From NCBI RefSeq assembly GCF_006345805.1, contig NW_021823664.1, positions 1-21,669 on the forward strand: 21,669 bases of DNA, written 5' to 3'. Each line of letters starts with the position of its first letter. The first letter of the stretch is position 1. The position numbers were made by a program, and so were the translations under genes. The notes under the pieces were generated by a model. The model was not told the origin of the DNA. It saw only the letters and a list, made by a program, of their open reading frames with translations, and did no database searches. Positions 10,367 through 19,545 of this stretch are shown here, piece after piece. The DNA comes from Octopus sinensis. Lineage: Eukaryota.

Positions 10367-10997
10367 TTGTCATCATTTACATCTTGGGGTTCCCTAAAAG
10401 ACAATGGAATGTGGGATAACATGAATGAGCGTGTAAAATTAAAAAAAAAAATAGCAATAACAATAAATTTAAAACATTGAAAAATTCCCACCAAAAGCTA
10501 GACTTCCGTGGACTATTTGTGGAAACCTCACAAAACCACGGTCACTTTGATCCGTAAAGCAAGTTTCTTCTCCCTGTTGTGTCGTTCTTCAATCGACAAA
10601 CGATTACTCAGGGAAGACTTATTCATTCGGACCATCGTCGCTTACATCCATCTTTCAAAAAATTTGCTGGGAGGCAGGACTTCTCTTTCTTACCTTATTT
10701 TCCTTGACAAATGAATCTTGAAAAGTTGATGAGGGTTTTTTAAATCTGACTCACCAACTAACCTCTTATTCTAAAGCCATCAGACAAAGGAGCACGGCTT
10801 GTTCTATCCGATCAAAAAGAAGTGTTGGGGTGACCTTCACAATAGAGTCAGCTGTTAGCTGGATCCTTTCTAAACGTGATAGCTGCTGTTCGACATGACT
10901 GCACAGGTTAGCAATGCTAGGATCTAAACAAGCGGACGAGTGCGTGTAGCAGACTTTCATCTCGTATATTTGAATGGCTTTTATGTGTGTTGGTAGT

Positions 10998-11378
10998 GGA
11001 GGCGCAATGGCCCAGTGGTTGGGGCAGCGGACTCGCGGTCATAGGATCGCGGTTTCGATTCCCAGACCGGGCGTTGTGAGTGTTTGAGCGAAAACAACTA
11101 AAAAGCTCCACGAAGCTCCGGCAGGGGGTGGTGGTGATCCCTGCTCTACTCTTTCACCACAACTTTCTCTCACTCTTACTTCCTGTTTCTGTTGTACCTG
11201 TATTTCAGGGGGCCGGCCTTGTCACTCTCTGTGTCACGCTGAATATCCCCGAGAACTACGTTAAGGGTGCACGTGTCTGTGGAGTGCTCAGCCACTTACA
11301 CGTTAATTTCACGAGCAGGCTGTTCCGTTGATTCGGATCAACCGGAACCCTCGTCGTCGTAACCGACGGAGTGCTTCC
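10998..11378 (+). mobile_element. Full-length tRNA-Arg-derived SINE (family C) with target-site duplication
   Basis: A box tggcccagtgg, B box ggtttcgattcc, tRNA-Arg-like anticodon arm (cggactcgcggtc). TSD atgtgtgttggt at 10983-10994 and 11379-11390. Possibly the octopus OR1/OR2 class (unverified). Confidence 0.92.
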
Positions 11379-11781
11379 ATGTGTGTTGGTGTGTTATATG
11401 TTAGTCTGGAGAGATCGGTCTGGTAATGTTTGTGTATTGATAAGGCGGTTAGCTGGCAGAAACATGAGCCTGGCTAGGCTTTAAACGGGCGCATTTATTT
11501 ATATATTATTATGTTTGATGCAACAATTCGCCCAGACTTCGTTTCAATATTTTTTGCATTTTTTTTTACTGTTTCCGTTGATAAAATAATTTCTTCGGAC
11601 GGCGTTGGCAAAGCCGCCAACGCTAGATTTGCAAGTTGTGGAGTCTTCATTCTTTTTTTCAGTGGTGATTGTGGCTGAGGTGGAATTTGTCGATGTGTTA
11701 AAAGCGCAGTTTAATATTTTGCTTATCTGTTCTTCGTGTTAATTTTTGTGGTTGTTTTCGTTGTTACTTTTGTAGCTTTCC

Positions 11782-12560
11782 TCATGATGATGATGACGAC
11801 GACGGCAACGACGATGGTGGTGGTGGTGGTGGTGGTGATGATGATGATGATGACGACGACGACGATGACGAGATGAAGATGATGGTGACAATGACGACGA
11901 CGAAGTTGATAACAACGACGATATAAAGATGACGATGACGATGACAACTACGACGACAACGGTGATGGCAATGATGATGACGATGACAGTTGCGTTGACG
12001 ACGGTGATAACGATGATGATGATGTCCATAACGATGATGATGATGTGGATTGTGATGATGTGGATTGTGATGATGTGGATGATGATGATGACGATGATGA
12101 TGATGATGATGATAATGATGATGATGTTGATGATCGTGATAATGAGGATAAGACGCTGCTACATTTGCTGAAGTTCCTGATTATGCAGATTATCGCCTTT
12201 GGGTTGATGGTAGTGGTGGTGGTGATGATAATGATGATAACAACGATAATGATGATGAAGGTGATGATGACGATGATGATAATGATGATAATGATGATAA
12301 TGATGATAATGATATGTTGGCAGTGAATAATGTTCTTTGTTGTGATGATGGTGGTACTGATGGTGGTGATGTGGTGGTACTGATGACCAAGAAGGCTATG
12401 ATTACAATGATGAATTAAGCCGTAATGACGATGATAATAATGATATTAAGACTGCTGCTGCTGCTGTCGCTGGTGGTGGTGGTGGTGGTGATGATAATGC
12501 TAATAATGAGAATGAAAATGATGTCGATTATTTTGATTATTTTGGCGTGGTGTTGGTCGT
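11782..12560. repeat. (GAT/GGT/GAC)n degenerate trinucleotide tract
   Basis: Directly visible; includes a 15-mer GATGTGGATTGTGAT tandem near 12040-12085. Confidence 0.95.
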
Positions 12561-12622
12561 GGTGATGGAGAGGAACCACTCGAAACATCAGAATTGTGAG
12601 AATCGCAAACGCTCCAAATAAA

Positions 12623-12788
12623 AATGCTTTGCGACATTAATTCCAGTTCTTTAGTTTCAGAGTTCAAATTCCACCGAAGTCACCCTTGCCTTTCGTTCTT
12701 TTGGTGTCGAGAAAATGTATACCAGTCAAATACTGGGTACGATGTAATTAATTTCCCCGCCCCTCAAAAACAGCTGGCTATGTGTCAA

Positions 12789-12790
<2 letters not shown>
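12623..12790 (+). mobile_element. Degenerate SINE family A copy
   Basis: B box gagttcaaattccaccgaagtc..ttgcctttc, then gtcgagaaaatgtataccag..tactggg. Confidence 0.7.
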
Positions 12791-12821
<31 letters not shown>

Positions 12822-12880
12822 TTAATTTAATTATTATTATTTATTATTATTATTATTATATTATTATTATTATTATTATT
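12791..12880. repeat. (TTA)n microsatellite
   Basis: Directly visible. Confidence 0.95.
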
Positions 12881-13057
12881 AATATTGTTGTTGTTGGTGC
12901 TGGTTTCTTTTCAGGTGTAGGTTTTACTTTTGTATTGTTATTGTTCTTGTTGGTTTTATTTAATGGTGAAGATGCTAAGAATGATGGTGGTGAATGCTGG
13001 ACAGGTATCCATCTCGCTGAATACGATGCAAGGAAGTAAATAAAAGGATGTGCCTTA

Positions 13058-13116
13058 TGATGGTGGTGGTAGTCGTGGTGGCGGTAAAGATGACGGTGAC
13101 GCCAACGACGATGATT

Positions 13117-13150
<34 letters not shown>

Positions 13151-13400
13151 TGATGATGATGATGACGACGACGATTATAAAGATGATGACAATGATGATG
13201 ATGACGACGACGATTATAAAGATGATGATGACAATGATGATGAGAAAAATGACGATGATGATTACAATGATGATGATGTTGATGATCATAGCCGTGGTGA
13301 TAATGACGACGAAGATAAAGAAGAGAAAGAGATGAAAGAGGAGCACGACAAGAAAAGTGGTCGATAGTAATGATGATGGTGATGGTGATGGTGATGTATT
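13058..13400. repeat. (GAT/GAC)n tract with a ~39-bp internal tandem duplication
   Basis: gatgatgatgacgacgacgattataaagatgatgac occurs twice in tandem (~13150-13235). Confidence 0.9.
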
Positions 13401-13596
13401 CTTCAAGTAATCATTTTGCGATTGCGACATTTATATGGACGGAATCGGTAGAAATTCCTGCAAATTCAACTTTGATGTCACCAAAAGAGAACTTCGATTG
13501 CAAAATTTGAAAGAGACCAATCAAATACCTTCTTCTCCACTCTCTCACTCAATTATGCTACCTTGGTTACTCTTCATGTTGCCGACAGATATTCCT

Positions 13597-13612
13597 CTGT
13601 GTGTGTGTGTGC

Positions 13613-13649
<37 letters not shown>

Positions 13650-13700
13650 CTTGCGTGTGTGTATACTTGCGTGTGTGGATGCGCGCTTGCGTGTGTGAGT
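13597..13700. repeat. (GT)n microsatellite with a short 16-mer tandem (gtgtgtatacttgcgt)
   Basis: Directly visible. Confidence 0.9.
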
Positions 13701-14079
13701 TTGTGAATGTTATGTATCTGTGTTTGCGGATAAATAGAGATGAATAGATGTAGAGAGACCAAGAGAGATATAGTAAAACATATATATAGTAAAACATATA
13801 TATATATATATACAGAGTGAGTGTGGGAAAGAGGAGAAAGTGAGAAAGAGAGAGAGAAAGAGCAAGGTGGGGGGAAAAAGAGATCAGGTGAAATACTTGT
13901 TATAATCAAAGGAAGCCTTTCATTCAGTGATTAAATAGAATCTATAACATCCATCTTCCTTTTGAAATGTCCGTGTCTCTTTTTACCCGCTTTTTCTATC
14001 TATCTTTCATAATCTCTACCCAGCTACTTGATCTTTCTAACTCCCTTTTGCTCTCATATTAAGCTCACTCTCCTGCCTT

Positions 14080-14155
14080 CTTCTCTCCTCTCCCCTCCCC
14101 CTCTCCCTCCTCTCCATCCTCTCTCTCTCTCCTCCTCTCTCTCTATATATATATA

Positions 14156-14194
<39 letters not shown>

Positions 14195-14223
14195 ATATAT
14201 ATATATATAAATATTATATATTA
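14080..14223. repeat. (CT)n followed by (TA)n
   Basis: Directly visible. Confidence 0.95.
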
Positions 14224-14285
14224 TATTGCTGTATTAAATCTCTCAGCGAGATTTAAACAATAGCAATACGGAATCGTAACCTATA

Positions 14286-14755
14286 ATTGTCAACCAAGTG
14301 TGGCGTCCTATACGGGACAGTGCTACTGACGTTTATAGCCCCAGGAAGACATGTCTTCCAGCTGGCTAACGACACACACATTCTGTGTCGGATTAGTATT
14401 TGCGAAGGGAGGTCATTGCTCCCATCCTTAGCCTTACGTGATACATACGAACCCTCACTCACAGATTTAATATAGCTTATTTCTCCTTTTTGGAGATCAG
14501 CGACGGTTCGTCGCTGGAAAAAGCATATAGTATTTTGCGAGTGCGGGGAGTTTTCATCACGTTGAGGACGGTAATCACCCAGAAACTACAGTCCGTGTGT
14601 ATCACGTAAGGCTAGAGATTGGAGCGATGACCTCCCCTCGCAACAAATACTAATCGGACACAAAATGTGTGTCGTTAGCCAGCTAGAAGAGATGTCTTAC
14701 TGAAGCTATAAACGCCAGTAGCACTGTCCCGTACAGGATGCCACACTTTGTTGGC

Positions 14756-14758
<3 letters not shown>
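14286..14758. mobile_element. Fold-back / MITE-like element with long imperfect inverted arms, flanked by TATA
   Basis: Left attgtcaaccaagtgtggcgtcctatacgggacagtgctactgacgtttatagc... matches the reverse complement of the right end (attgccaacaaagtgtggcatcctgtacgggacagtgctactggcgtttatagc...) over ~170 bp and continues inward after a 42-nt bulge. TATA at 14282-14285 and 14759-14762. Confidence 0.8.
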
Positions 14759-14792
<34 letters not shown>

Positions 14793-14915
14793 TCCGTAAT
14801 AATGAAGGGTGAAATTAATTAATTTTTAGTAGAAGAAATAGCTATAACTCTTTGACTGCTATTTCTAAATTCGGTATGTGGTAAGGCAATTCGTTGCTAA
14901 ACCCTTTATTGCTTA

Positions 14916-15299
14916 CTATATATATATATATATTATATAAAATCCGTTCTGTCTGTCTCTGTGTGTATCTTCTAGGATCTTGGGCATCCTCCACCCGATT
15001 TCGCTCAAATTTGATATGTAGATACCGACGGTATCAGGGCGTGCATAAATCTTGAAAAAAATTACAAGAATCGATTCCAGGAGAGAATGCGATCGATAAA
15101 GTGAATAAAATCGTTTTTCTTTGGAATAGAAAAAAAAGTCTATCTTTATTTCTTCTTTTGCTGGTGTCTCAAATTTAGGTTAAATCAGTGTTTCTCAAAG
15201 GGGAGGCCTATGGGACTGTCGGACAAGTTGCTTTGAGAACATTTGGTTTAAATGTTTGATAACTCAGCACCGTCCATTGGACGGGGGGTGTTTTGCTCG
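14916..15299 (+). mobile_element. Non-autonomous Helitron-like element with a nested mini-MITE
   Basis: 5' ctatatata..tataaaatccgttctgtctgtc..ccgatttcgctcaaatttga is typical of non-autonomous Helitron starts. 3' perfect hairpin ccgtcca-t-tggacgg (15270-15284) lies 11 nt before CTCG|T, a one-base variant of CTAG|T. Confidence 0.6.
15186..15245. mobile_element. 60-bp hAT (Charlie-like) mini-MITE
   Basis: TIRs cagtgtttctcaaag / ctttgagaacatttg. 8-bp TSD ggttaaat (15178-15185) and gtttaaat (15246-15253), 7/8 identical with central TA. Confidence 0.65.
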
Positions 15300-15400
15300 T
15301 ATATATATATATCCTCTCTCTATATATATCTCGCAGTCTTTCCCTAGTCATGTATATATATTTCTCTCTCTATCTTTTTCTCTCTTCATTTTACTCCCGC

Positions 15401-15403
<3 letters not shown>

Positions 15404-15452
<49 letters not shown>
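15404..15452. repeat. (CT)n microsatellite
   Basis: Directly visible. Confidence 0.95.
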
Positions 15453-15457
<5 letters not shown>

Positions 15458-15754
15458 GAGTAACTGTGTTTATTTCTTTTTATCCGTTATTGGAAACAAT
15501 AATACGGTCTAGATAAATGATTAACTTTTAGTGTACGTCATTGAGAAAGATATCCGTGCCTTAATAACCCCTATTTGACTTTCCCTTAATCACTTCAGAT
15601 TAATTCATTCTTTCATTGGGAAACAAATTTAATATGATTCGACTTCAGTGCATGACTGATACTTATTTCATTAATCCTAATCCCACCATCTACTCTTTAA
15701 GACACGATGTATAAACTGAAATGAGCCAGAGATGAAACCACTATGTGGCCAGTT

Positions 15755-15820
15755 AGATATGCTAGAAATAGCAGTCAAATTTATCCCTCCCCCCCACCTC
15801 AGATCACATTTTACCGTCTG
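15755..15820 (-). mobile_element. Fragment of unclassified repeat family F
   Basis: tagaaatagcagtcaaa is the exact reverse complement of tttgactgctatttcta near 14850 and matches atttagctgctacttctagc near 20605. Confidence 0.4.
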
Positions 15821-15906
15821 TTATGTTTCGAGTTATGCAGTTTGAGATAGGTTATGTCTAAAAACAGAATGACTGGAGGCGGGCAAGTATATTCTATTAT
15901 AGTTCC

Positions 15907-16071
15907 GAGTGAGAGAAAGTTGTGGCGAAAGAGTACAGCAGGGATCGCCACCACTCCCTGCCGGAGCCTCGTGGAGCTTTAGGTGTTTTCGCTCAATAAA
16001 CACTCACAACGCCCGGTCTGGGAATCGAAACCGCGATTCCGCTGACCTAACTACTGGGCTATTGCGCCTCC
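15907..16071 (-). mobile_element. SINE family C, head and body only, with an internal deletion in the tRNA region
   Basis: Reverse complement of 10998-11175 (cccggtctgggaatcgaaaccgcgat, attgcgcctcc). Confidence 0.88.
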
Positions 16072-16127
16072 ACACACACACATATATATGTAAGTGTGTG
16101 TGTGTGTGGTGTGTGTTTGTGTGCTTG

Positions 16128-16226
16128 GGATATAGTAGAAAGCAACTGCCCAAGGTGCCGCGTTGTGGAATCGAACCAGAAGCCATGTGGTTACAAAGCG
16201 AGCTTCTTAACCATGACTATGCAGCC
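16128..16226 (-). mobile_element. SINE family B head fragment
   Basis: tatagtagaaagcaactgcccaaggtgccgcg..gtggaatcgaacc..ccatgtggtt matches the family B head in reverse. Confidence 0.75.
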
Positions 16227-16425
16227 GTGCTTGTACTGCTTGTACAAAGGTTTTGAGTTTGAATTCAGTCCGGGATTCTATATAAATCTAGGAATAAGAC
16301 ACCTGTTGATTATTACTGGGAATTAGGTCAAACGGATCTTGGCATAGATGGAAATATTGAGACATTCTTTAATCTCTGAAGCTGCAGTTCATAGTTCGAA
16401 AAATTCTAATCGTATCACTATGTTA

Positions 16426-16772
16426 CCCTTTAGCATTTTAACTGGTCAAACCAGTCTTAAATATTCTACCTGTCTAATGTTCAAACCGACCTGATCCAAC
16501 CTGTCACACCTACCCTACAATGTAATTCTAAAAATAAACAATTACGTTATCGTAACATCGAAGCAACGAGATAATGCAAAATAGAGAAGTATTTCATTTG
16601 ACAGAATAATCTCAAAGCTATTCCGCTGAGGTCGACTTTGCCTTTTATCCTTTCGGGATCGATAAATAAAGTACCAGTTGCGTACTAGGGTCGATCTATT
16701 CGACTGGCCCCCTCCCTCAAAATTTCGGGCCTTGTGTCTAGAGTAGAAAAGAATAATCTGAATGCTAGAGAG
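16426..16772. mobile_element. piggyBac-like non-autonomous MITE interrupted by a SINE
   Basis: 12-bp TIRs ccctttagcatt / aatgctagagag (10/12). Flanks gtta and ttag resemble a decayed TTAA TSD. Confidence 0.55.
16621..16757 (+). mobile_element. 5'-truncated SINE family A nested in the MITE
   Basis: Very close match to 2962-3091. Direct repeat agaataatct at 16603-16612 and 16750-16759 is a candidate TSD. Confidence 0.88.
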
Positions 16773-16855
16773 TTAGGAGAAATGAGTTAAAATTAGTTCT
16801 CTACAACCGCCCTCACTGCTTTGTGATGTTCTTCCTAATTCCTAATTCTGGGGGT

Positions 16856-17044
16856 AAGGCCAGAAATTTTAAGGGAGGAGTAAGTCGATTACATCGACCC
16901 CTGAATTTGGTAAGTACCATATTTAATCGATTCCGAAAGGGTGAAAATCAAGGTTGACCTCGGCGTTTTCGAACTCAGAACGTAAAGTCCTGGAGGAAAT
17001 GTTGTTGAGCAGTTTGTGCTAACGATTCTCCCAGCCCGCCATCC
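16856..17044 (-). mobile_element. Diverged SINE family A copy
   Basis: gtcgattacatcgacccc, ggttgacctcggcgttttcgaactcagaacgtaaag, gtgctaacgattctcccagcccgcc. Confidence 0.8.
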
Positions 17045-17198
17045 TGCATTGCCTTCAAATATGATATTATTATCAGCAAAACCATTACTGACTTTGAAAT
17101 AAAGGCCAACATTTTTGGGCCGTAAATATTTTGAGAGAATGTCACAATATAAAGAATACATCTTGAGAAGCGGATCTCTTTTTTTACCTACGGACCCT

Positions 17199-17258
17199 CC
17201 TTTACCCTTTTACTTGTTTCAGTCATTTGACTGTGGCCATGCTGGAGCCTTTAGTCGG
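17199..17258 (-). mobile_element. 3' tail fragment of SINE family B
   Basis: ttttacttgtttcagtcatttgactgtggccatgctggagc matches 715-750. Confidence 0.8.
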
Positions 17259-17438
17259 TTAAACTTCTATAATACACAAAATAAATAATTTTTTAAAATA
17301 TGATTATTGTAATAATTCCTGGTAATATATAATTCCTAGTAATAATAAGACCTAGCAATATTAATTATGAAAACGTAATAGGCTTTTATTAACACTGAAT
17401 GGTTATGAGGGTCCAACGGAGCAAAGTAGGAATCAACA

Positions 17439-17611
17439 GGGTAGGAGTAGGAGTAGCTTGCTTACCAACCACATGGTTCCATGTTCATTCCCATTGCGTG
17501 GCACCCTGGACAAGTGTCTTCTACTATAGCCTCGGGCCGACCAAAGCCTTGTGAGTGGATTTGGTAGACGGATATTGAAAGAAACCCGTCGTATATATAT
17601 ATATATATATA
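17439..17611 (+). mobile_element. SINE family B, 5' half, ending in (TA)10 where the palindromic element begins
   Basis: Near-identical core to 4438-4597; ends gaaagaaacccgtcg(ta)10. Confidence 0.92.
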
Positions 17612-17715
17612 CCGGAGTAAACACATAAATGTGAAACAAGGTGGAAAAAAGAGTACTCAAATACCAGTGGTAGAGTAATATGCTTTATTTTAAGCAGCAG
17701 AAAATTCAACAAAAT

Positions 17716-17753
17716 CTGTTACTCTGAGTTTCTCGTTGCCGTTCATCAGACAG
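17716..17753 (-). ncRNA. Minimal type I hammerhead ribozyme motif
   Basis: Minus strand reads ctgt CTGATGA acg-gcaa-cga GAAA ctc-a-gag TA acag. Intact core, stem I ctgt/acag, stem III ACTC/GAGT with a 1-nt loop, GUA cleavage triplet. Stem II has an A-A mismatch at its base and a GCAA (GNRA) loop. Confidence 0.75.
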
Positions 17754-19424
17754 TTTTTGCTAGAATGGAACATATATATTAATTCAATCTATACTCTTAC
17801 AAACGCTACACCTTTAAAAAGAAATGGACTTGTTTGATTGGCCCTTTAGAAAAAACGGTCAATCTTCGAGCGATAAACAAAAGGTCAAAAATATATGTAT
17901 ATTATATATAAAAAAACTTATAAAAATTATAAAATCCGAGGAAAAAACCGAGGAAAAACCTATTGCCGTTAATGAAGACAGTACAAATTAATGCATAGAA
18001 ATTAAACCTGTTATAAATACTGCAATACATATTTATATTAAAATCCACATATATATCTCAACATACACAAAAGGATGCGCGTAAACGCCATACATACATT
18101 ACAGACGTATGAATATGATCTAAATTATACACATAAAAGCATGTGTACATATATTCACGCAAACCGTCTCGCACGCAAGCTAAAATTCATCTATGTAGCA
18201 ATTCTCATATACTGAGCAAGGAGGGGGAACGAAGAAAGGGAAGAGAGTAAAAAGGAACGAAGGAGGGGTGGGGAAACTTGTAGCGATATTATTGGCATCT
18301 ATAGAGGCCAGTATACATACACAAGTTTGAATTGATCATATACATACCCGTGTGTGTATGCGTGCTTAAGCACACATACTTTCACTTACACATACACAGA
18401 TACGCATGCTTACAAATACATATGCTTTGCTATACACAAACTTATATAACATTCTAAATTTGACAACATTGCTTTTTTTAAAAAACATTGCTTTTAAAAA
18501 ATGGGTGCATTAATAAAAATATATACGAAAGACATATAAAATAAAATATAACATCCTATTTTGGGTCATTTATAAATAATCAAGGTAATGATTATTTATA
18601 AATGACCCAAAATAGGATGTTATATTTTATTTTATATGTCTTTCGTATATATTTTTATTAATGCACCCATCTTTTAAAAGCAATTTTTGTTTTTTTTTAA
18701 AAAGTAATGTTGTCAAATTTAGAATGTTTATATAGTTGTGTATAGCAAAGCATATGTATTTGTAAGCATGCGTATCTGTGTATGTGTAAGTGAAAGTATG
18801 CTTGTGCTTAAGCACGCATACACACGACGGTATGTATATGTATCAATTCAAACTTGTGTATGTATACTGGCCTCTATAGATGCCAATAATATCGCTACAA
18901 GTTTTTCCCCACCCCTCCTTCGTTCCTTTTTCTCTCTTTCCCTTTCTTTCGTTCCCCCTCCTTGCTCAGTATATGAGAATTGCTACATAGATGAATTTTA
19001 GCTTGCGTGCGAGACGGTTTGCGTGAATATATGTACACATGCTTTTATGTGTATAATTTAGATTCATTTCATACTTCTGTATATGTATGTATGGCGTTTA
19101 CGCGCATCCTTTTGTGTATGTTGATATATATATGTGGATTTTAATATAATATGTATTGCAGTATTTATAACAGGTTTAATTTCTATGCATTAATTTGTAC
19201 TGTCTTCATTAACGGCAATAGGTTTTTTCCTCGGTTTTTCCTCGGATTTTATAATTTTTATAAGTTTTTTTATATATATATACATATATTTTTGACCTTT
19301 TTTTTATCGCTCGAAGATTGACCGTTTTTTCTAAAGGGCCAATCAAACAAGTCCATTTCTTTTTAAAGGTGTAGCGTTTGTAGAGTATAGATTGAATTAA
19401 TTATATGTTCCATTCTAGCAAAAA

Positions 19425-19462
19425 CTGTCTGATGAACGGCAACGAGAAACTCAGAGTAACAT
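19425..19462 (+). ncRNA. Minimal type I hammerhead ribozyme motif (second-arm copy)
   Basis: ctgt CTGATGA acg-gcaa-cga GAAA ctc-a-gag TA acat; identical to the left copy except the last stem I base. Confidence 0.7.
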
Positions 19463-19492
19463 ATTTTGTTGAATTTTCTGCTGCTTAAAAAG

Positions 19493-19514
19493 TATATATA
19501 TATTATATATATAT

Positions 19515-19545
<31 letters not shown>

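Larger units (their letters stand above)
17612..19490. mobile_element. Palindromic hammerhead-bearing insertion, probable Penelope-like retroelement derivative
   Basis: Sits between the two colinear halves of one SINE, inside its (TA)n. Left arm has a 76-bp 3' extension (17612-17687) absent from the right arm. Family assignment is inference from the hammerhead motif and geometry. Confidence 0.65.
17688..19490. repeat. Long inverted repeat: arms 17688-18582 and 18589-19490, 6-nt loop AGGTAA
   Basis: Manual alignment over the full length. The innermost 72 bp are perfectly complementary; overall about 6 substitutions and roughly 20-25 small indels. Confidence 0.97.

Noticed and set aside
10755-10960. 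Minus-strand ORF (64 aa) with strong donor-like sites at 10754 (TG|GTGAGT) and 10693 (AG|GTAAGA)
   Set aside because: The candidate 144-bp exon 10898-10755 has stops in all three frames and the peptide resembles nothing I recognise. A non-coding or UTR exon cannot be excluded without RNA-seq.
10998-11075. Functional tRNA-Arg gene
   Set aside because: No proper acceptor stem; it continues into a SINE body with a TSD and has related copies in the window.
11602-11626. GC-rich hairpin gcgttggc-aaagcc-gccaacgc running into CTAG, as a Helitron 3' end
   Set aside because: CTAG overlaps the stem instead of lying ~11 nt downstream, is followed by A rather than T, and no matching 5' end was found.
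13050-13367. Acidic ORF containing two FLAG-like DYKDDD(D) motifs
   Set aside because: Arises from a GAT repeat with a duplicated interruption (tataaa). It ends in N rather than K and has no vector context, so it is coincidence rather than a construct or gene.
14482-14530. Possible hammerhead in the apex of the fold-back element (stem followed by GAAA)
   Set aside because: No CUGANGA between the two hairpins; the core cannot be formed.
17688-19490. Idea that arm differences record A-to-I editing before retroposition
   Set aside because: Substitutions are few and mostly C versus A; no A-to-G bias.
17688-19490. Simple read fold-back artefact as the explanation for the palindrome
   Set aside because: The flanks are not mirrored: they are the correct 5' and 3' halves of one SINE. 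Considered unlikely, but long-read confirmation is still needed.
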